Translations under genes and position numbers: made by a program
The notes under the pieces: generated by a model
Database searches by the model: none
What the model saw: only the letters and a program-made list of their open reading frames with translations
What the model was told of the DNA's origin: nothing
Part shown: piece after piece, positions 58,797-64,000 of the stretch
Layout: every line of letters begins with the position of its first letter
How positions within the stretch are numbered: the first letter of the stretch is position 1
From: an uncultured Clostridia bacterium
Lineage (GTDB): Bacteria; Bacillota; Clostridia; TANB77; CAG-508
Reading direction: 5' to 3'
NCBI GenBank assembly: GCA_944387505.1
Contig: CALXFG010000003.1
Coordinates: 751 to 64,750 of the forward strand
Length of the DNA stretch: 64,000 nucleotides

Positions 58797-61331
58797 TTAA
58801 TGCGCATCTGTTAAAGTTGGTTTTAAGTTGACACTAATAATCGTTCCTTCTTGTACAAGTTCACCTGCTGCATAGTCTTGAGTGGTTACAATACCAGAAC
58901 CAGTAACACTAATATTTAAGTTTTTCGCTTTTAAAGCATTAGTTGCTTGTGATAAATTCATATTTGATAAATCAGGAACACTAACAGATGTAGCAACTGT
59001 ATCACCTTCACCATATAACATGATGATAGAATTAGCAGCTAACTTAGCACCTGGCTTTGGATTTTGGTCTGCAACTAATGTTGCGTTTTCATCTCCAGAA
59101 GAAACCGATTTACAATCAAATCCTGCTTCAGTAAGTACTTTCTTAGCTTCTGTGATTGTTTTATTTCTAACATCAGGAACTGTAATTAGATTTTCAGAGC
59201 TATTATCTGTTTCAGTTGTATCTGATGGCACACCTAAATATGGTAATATTTCAGATAACATTTGTGAAACAACAGGAGCAGCAACAGAACCTCCTTGATA
59301 ACCATATTGTTTGTTTTGAGGATCATATAAAGTAAGTAATATGACAACTTGTGTATCTTCAATAGGAGAGATAGCAACAAATGATGAAACATAACCATCA
59401 TCTTTATTGGCTTCTGTAGGTTCAGAAGTTCCAGATTTTCCGCCAATAGAATATCCAGAAACTTGAACATTTTTACCGGTACCATATAATACAACAGATT
59501 CCATCATAGATTTTACTTTTGAAGATGTTGATTTAGATAAAACTTGTCTTACTTCTGTTGGTTGTGTTTCAGTCACAGCACCAGTATCTGTATTGGTAAT
59601 TGATTTGATAATATTTGGCTTCATCAAAACACCATCATTAGCTACACATGAAATAGCAGTTATCATTTGAAGAGGTGTTACTTGAAATCTTTGACCAAAT
59701 GCATATGTCGCAAGTTCAACTGGTCCGACTTCATCTAAATTATGGAAAATACTAGTTTGTTCTCCATATAATCCAGAATTGGTTGATTCAAATAATCCAA
59801 AAGCTTGGTAATATTTATATAAAGTAGAAGCACCAATTCTTTGTGCCAATTGGATAAAAGCAGGGTTACATGAATTTTGAAGAGCTTGTCTTAATGTCTG
59901 AGAACCGTGTGGGTTATATTTCCTCCAACAATCAATTGTTCTATCTTCAACAACTTGAGAGCCTGAACAATAAAAGTCTCCTGCTTTATCTGTTGTGGTA
60001 ATTCCTTCTTCTAAAGCAACACTAGAAGTAATAATTTTAAAGGTAGAACCTGGCTCATAACTATCTGCAACAGATTTATTAGACCACATTTTGTATAAAG
60101 CTTCACTTTTTTCCTCAGTAGATAAAGAATCATAGGTTTGGGATAATGTAGAATTTGGTGTATAAGGTGAGTTCAAATCATAGTCTGGATAACAAGCCAT
60201 TCCCAAAATGTCACCAGTTTGTGGATTCATAACAATAACATTTCCGCCATCCTTGCATTCATATTTTTCAACAGCTTGTTGTAAGTATTTTTCAATCGTA
60301 GTTTGTATATTAAAATCAATCGTAAGAGCAATATCACTACCATTTTCAGCAGAAATATAGGTTTCTTCTGCGTTTGGAATTTCTTTTTGACTACTATCTT
60401 GTGAACTAACGATTTTTCCAGGAGTACCAGTCAAAACAGAATCCCACTTAGACTCAATTCCACTTAATCCTTGATTATCACTTCCGCAAAAACCAATAAC
60501 ACTAGATGCAAGATCACCATAAGGATAATATCTCTTTGTATCTTCATCTATGTTGATACCAATAGATATGTCATTTTCATCCATCCAAGCTTTTAATTCA
60601 TCTACTTTTTCTTGTTCTACTTTTTTGATGATGGTTTCTACTTGTGATTTACTGTTTACTTTTTCTAATGTTTCATTATAATCTAATGCAAATATATCAG
60701 AAAGCCCCTTAGCGACAGTTTCTTTTAATGTTTTCGTTTCTTCATCAGTGTCTCCTACAATTCTATTAGGATTAATCGTGATGGTATCTACTTGTGCACT
60801 AATGGCTAAAGGCATTCCAGTAGAGTCATAAATATTTCCTCTTTTAGGACTAAGAATTTGATTAATAGCTTGTTGTTGATAGGCCATTTCTGTTAAATCA
60901 GCACCATCAACAAATTGTAGATAGCTAATTCTTCCTATAAGCAAAATAAAAATGATAAGAATCACAATAAAGGTATTACGTAATTTGGCGGTATAAATTA
61001 AATTTTTAGAATCAAATTTACGATTCAAGTTAATGACATTAGAGTCTTTTTCTTTCTTTATTTTTGTAAGGCTTTTGTTTTTCTCATTTTTAATCATTGC
61101 TGTACTATTAGTTTTATGGCCAGTACTTTTTACTGTATTTTTATTTTTTTCTTTATCGATTTTTTTAGGAGTTTTTTCATTCTGCTTTTCTATTTTTGCA
61201 GGTGTCTTATGATTTTTCTTCGCATCCTTCGTATCTTTTGTGGATAGACCTATGTAAATATTTTTGTATTGTACATCATTTTTATCTTTCTTATTTTTCT
61301 TATTGGTTTTATTTGTTTTTTTTGTACTCAT
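58797..61331 (-). CDS. Class B penicillin-binding protein with two PASTA domains and a Lys-rich N-terminal extension
   Basis: STFK, SCN and KSGT motifs. Paralogue of 33043-35034. ATG 61331 (MSTKKTNKTNKK...) after GAGGCGAAG. Confidence 0.9.
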   Translation of the reverse strand: MSTKKTNKTNKKNKKDKNDVQYKNIYIGLSTKDTKDAKKNHKTPAKIEKQNEKTPKKIDKEKNKNTVKSTGHKTNSTAMIKNEKNKSLTKIKKEKDSNVINLNRKFDSKNLIYTAKLRNTFIVILIIFILLIGRISYLQFVDGADLTEMAYQQQAINQILSPKRGNIYDSTGMPLAISAQVDTITINPNRIVGDTDEETKTLKETVAKGLSDIFALDYNETLEKVNSKSQVETIIKKVEQEKVDELKAWMDENDISIGINIDEDTKRYYPYGDLASSVIGFCGSDNQGLSGIESKWDSVLTGTPGKIVSSQDSSQKEIPNAEETYISAENGSDIALTIDFNIQTTIEKYLQQAVEKYECKDGGNVIVMNPQTGDILGMACYPDYDLNSPYTPNSTLSQTYDSLSTEEKSEALYKMWSNKSVADSYEPGSTFKIITSSVALEEGITTTDKAGDFYCSGSQVVEDRTIDCWRKYNPHGSQTLRQALQNSCNPAFIQLAQRIGASTLYKYYQAFGLFESTNSGLYGEQTSIFHNLDEVGPVELATYAFGQRFQVTPLQMITAISCVANDGVLMKPNIIKSITNTDTGAVTETQPTEVRQVLSKSTSSKVKSMMESVVLYGTGKNVQVSGYSIGGKSGTSEPTEANKDDGYVSSFVAISPIEDTQVVILLTLYDPQNKQYGYQGGSVAAPVVSQMLSEILPYLGVPSDTTETDNSSENLITVPDVRNKTITEAKKVLTEAGFDCKSVSSGDENATLVADQNPKPGAKLAANSIIMLYGEGDTVATSVSVPDLSNMNLSQATNALKAKNLNISVTGSGIVTTQDYAAGELVQEGTIISVNLKPTLTDAH

Positions 61332-61598
61332 AGCTTCGCCTCTTTTGTTAAAAATTTGCAATTATATTCTATCTTAAAAATACATAAAAAGCAATAAAGG
61401 ACACAGAAATTTTACAAAGATTCCTCCAAGTACATTCAAAATTTAATCAATATTAATATATCAACATTTTAGACATTAATTTTTTTGACTGTAAATTGTA
61501 ACGATGACTTTGGAGACGAAACAAAAAATGTATAACAATATTGAAAAAGAGAACAATTTAGAATATAATAAATAGGAAAAAATGAAAGGAAATAAAAG

Positions 61599-62492
61599 AT
61601 GAGTAATATTCTAGAAGATACCAAATTTATTATGAAAAAATATAAAATTAGAGCCAATAAAGCATTAGGACAAAATTTTTTAATAAATCAACATGTGGTG
61701 GATAAAATTGTAGAAAATAGCCATATTACAAAAGAGGACTTGGTGATTGAAATCGGACCTGGATTAGGAACATTAACCAAGGATTTATTAGAAAAAGCAG
61801 GAAAAGTCATTTGTATTGAATTAGACAAAAAGATGATAAAAATTCTAACAGATAGATTTTCTTTATATGATAATTTTGAACTGATTCATGGAGATGTGTT
61901 AAAGGTCAGATTAAATAAAATCATAAAAGAAGAAAAAGAAAAAAATGGTTTCAAGTCTGCGAAAATTGTAGCAAACCTACCATACTATATAACCACACCA
62001 ATTATCATGAAACTATTAGAAGATCGATTAGATTTAGAAAGCATTACCGTTATGATACAAAAAGAAGTGGCAGATAGATTAATAGCGATTCCAGGAGAAA
62101 AAGAAACAGGAGCCATTACGTATTCTGTGTATTATTATGCAACAGCGGAAGGAATTATGGAAGTACCAAATGATTCATTTATACCAGAACCAGAAGTGAC
62201 TTCAAAAGTAATCAAATTAACATTAAGAAAAGAACCACCAGTAGAAGTAAAAAGTAGAGGGGTTATGTTTAAAATTATCAAAAGTGCTTTTATGCAAAGA
62301 AGAAAGACTTTGCTAAATGCATTGACAAATACAAAAGTGTTTATGTCTAAAGAAGAAGGTTTAAGAATTTTAAAAGAATTACATTTAGATGAAAATGTAA
62401 GAGCAGAAAAATTGACATTACAAGATTTTGCTGAAATAACCAATAAAATATTGGTAGACGAATCAGAAGAGAAGAATAACGCAAAACAGTAA
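61599..62492 (+). CDS. rsmA: 16S rRNA (adenine1518/1519-N6)-dimethyltransferase
   Basis: LGQNFL, EIGPGLGTLT and NLPYYITTPI motifs. Confidence 0.95.
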   Translation: MSNILEDTKFIMKKYKIRANKALGQNFLINQHVVDKIVENSHITKEDLVIEIGPGLGTLTKDLLEKAGKVICIELDKKMIKILTDRFSLYDNFELIHGDVLKVRLNKIIKEEKEKNGFKSAKIVANLPYYITTPIIMKLLEDRLDLESITVMIQKEVADRLIAIPGEKETGAITYSVYYYATAEGIMEVPNDSFIPEPEVTSKVIKLTLRKEPPVEVKSRGVMFKIIKSAFMQRRKTLLNALTNTKVFMSKEEGLRILKELHLDENVRAEKLTLQDFAEITNKILVDESEEKNNAKQ

Positions 62493-62589
62493 AAGAAGAA
62501 AAGAGTAAACATGCTATAGGAAAAATCTCTTAAAAATAAAGGTTAAAATTTTGAATATAAAATAAAAAAACATAAGCGTTGGAGGAAAT

Positions 62590-63105
62590 ATGGAGGAAAG
62601 AGACTTTGTAGACAAAAATAGAAAGCCAATAGGAGAAACAACAACAGAAGAAAGCAATATAGCAGAAGGAAAATATATCCAAATAGTCATTATCTGTATG
62701 GAAAATCATAAAAAAGAGTTTCTAATACAAAAAAGGGCACAAAAGAAAAATGGAAAATGGGCATTAACAGGTGGTCATGTTATTTCAGGAGAAGAAAGTG
62801 TACATGCCATTTTAAGAGAAGTAGAAGAAGAATTAGGATTACGATTACAAGGAAGAGAAATAGAATTGGTATTTTCTAAAAGAGCATATGACTGTTTTGT
62901 AGATGTCTATTATGCGAAAAAAGATGTAGAAATATCAAATTTAAAATTAGAAAAAGAAGAAGTAGAAACTGTAAAATGGATGACACTAGAAGAAATAAAA
63001 AAATTAAGAGAAAAGAATTTGTTTTTAGAATATCATTATGATGCTTTGCAAGAATGTATATATTTTTTAGAAAAATTACAAGAAAAGGAGAAGGAAAATG
63101 TATAA
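62590..63105 (+). CDS. NUDIX hydrolase
   Basis: Nudix box GGHVISGEESVHAILREVEEELGL. Confidence 0.9.
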   Translation: MEERDFVDKNRKPIGETTTEESNIAEGKYIQIVIICMENHKKEFLIQKRAQKKNGKWALTGGHVISGEESVHAILREVEEELGLRLQGREIELVFSKRAYDCFVDVYYAKKDVEISNLKLEKEEVETVKWMTLEEIKKLREKNLFLEYHYDALQECIYFLEKLQEKEKENV

Positions 63106-63919
63106 ATTAGTAGCAATTGATATAGATGGAACATTGATAACAGACAACAAAGAAGTAACCCCAAGAACAATAGAAACAATAAAAGAGGCATCAAGAAAGG
63201 GGATAAAAGTTATCATTTGTAGTGGAAGATCATTTTACCGATTAGAAAAATATGTAGAGGAAGTCGGATTAAAAAAAGAAAATCAATGTTCAATTTGTTT
63301 TAATGGGGGAATGATTGTAGAAAACAAAACGAAAAACATTATATATTCCCAACATTTAGATACTGAAGAAGTAAAAGAATTAATACAATTGGGAAAAATA
63401 CTAGAATTGCCAATGATGATATATGCAAAAGATACACATTATACAGAAAAAATACCAGATATCATAAAGCAAAATGATAAAAATTTAGAAGGATTAAATT
63501 TAAAAGTGGTTCATTTTGATGAGATAAATTTTAATAAAGAAGAAAATTATATTTATAAAGTTTGCTTTATTGATAAACCAGAAAAAATTAAAGAAAAAAG
63601 AAAAGAAATTCCAAAAGAACTAGTAGAAAAATATGAAGTAACCAGTAGTGTTCCAGAATATATAGAAATTGTCAAAAAAGGAATCAAAAAATCAGAAGGC
63701 ATAAAAGCCGTTATGCAAATATATGGTATCAAACAAGAAGAAGTTATGGCAATTGGTGATGGGGAAAATGATGTGGAGATGTTAAAATTTGCAGGTTTAG
63801 GAGTGGCTATGGAAAATGCGAGTGACTATGTAAAGGAATTTGCAGATGTGATAACTACATCCAATAATAATGATGGAGTTGCCAATGCCATTGAAAAGTA
63901 TATTTTAAGAGGAGAATAA
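63098..63919 (+). CDS. Cof-type HAD-IIB phosphatase
   Basis: Motif I DIDGTL and motif IV GDGENDVEM. 273 aa. Confidence 0.9.
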   Translation: MYKLVAIDIDGTLITDNKEVTPRTIETIKEASRKGIKVIICSGRSFYRLEKYVEEVGLKKENQCSICFNGGMIVENKTKNIIYSQHLDTEEVKELIQLGKILELPMMIYAKDTHYTEKIPDIIKQNDKNLEGLNLKVVHFDEINFNKEENYIYKVCFIDKPEKIKEKRKEIPKELVEKYEVTSSVPEYIEIVKKGIKKSEGIKAVMQIYGIKQEEVMAIGDGENDVEMLKFAGLGVAMENASDYVKEFADVITTSNNNDGVANAIEKYILRGE

Positions 63920-64000
63920 GTGAAGAGGTATATAACGAGGAGTGATAGCCATGAATAAAAAATATTATGCATAAGGGAGATTTTTGATAGCTAATTCAAT

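Overview
Low-GC (roughly 30%) Firmicutes/Clostridia-type chromosome segment. (1) 1-17.4 kb is the late half of an HK97-like siphovirus prophage: terminase L (cut by the window edge), portal, ClpP-like prohead protease, major capsid, connectors, major tail, tape measure, Dit, Tal, holin and CHAP endolysin. (2) 17.4-19 kb is the prophage/host junction, with a candidate type I toxin-antitoxin, a frameshifted XRE gene and gene fragments. (3) 19-28.3 kb holds a membrane protein plus a 2750-aa cyclic beta-1,2-glucan synthase-like GT84/GH94 giant. (4) 28.3-30.5 kb is a degraded island: a higher-GC orphan, an M15 peptidase, RhuM fragments and an XRE regulator. (5) 30.7-44.4 kb is the dcw cluster (mraZ-rsmH-ftsL-PBP, a pectate-lyase-like surface protein inserted, then murE-mraY-ftsW-murG). 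(6) 44.4-64 kb is housekeeping: histidine kinase, lepB, holB, yaaT, ferredoxin, thiN, a four-subunit 2-oxoacid:ferredoxin oxidoreductase, a WalR-like regulator, ispG, ispH, an Rpn-like nuclease, a second PBP, rsmA, NUDIX and Cof. The most interesting signal is two tandem prophage modules at 15.18-16.06 kb. In each, a dinucleotide microsatellite ((CA)10 or (AG)7) sits inside a strongly initiated ~20-codon leader ORF. Exactly one alternative repeat-length frame runs through an SD-sequestering hairpin and terminates on the start codon (TAATG / ATGA) of a downstream MIPLCK... gene. This looks like a slipped-strand, translational-coupling phase switch. The second signal is a family of long nested palindromic intergenic elements (85-390 bp, at least 7 copies in 35-56 kb) with covarying stems, conserved loops and a recurrent GGGGACG word. 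The third is an array of about 10 ATACAAAAGATAA motifs filling an unusually long mraZ-rsmH spacer. Four genes carry apparent single-base homopolymer frameshifts, so assembly indel error must be kept in mind. No rRNA, tRNA or CRISPR array was recognised by eye.
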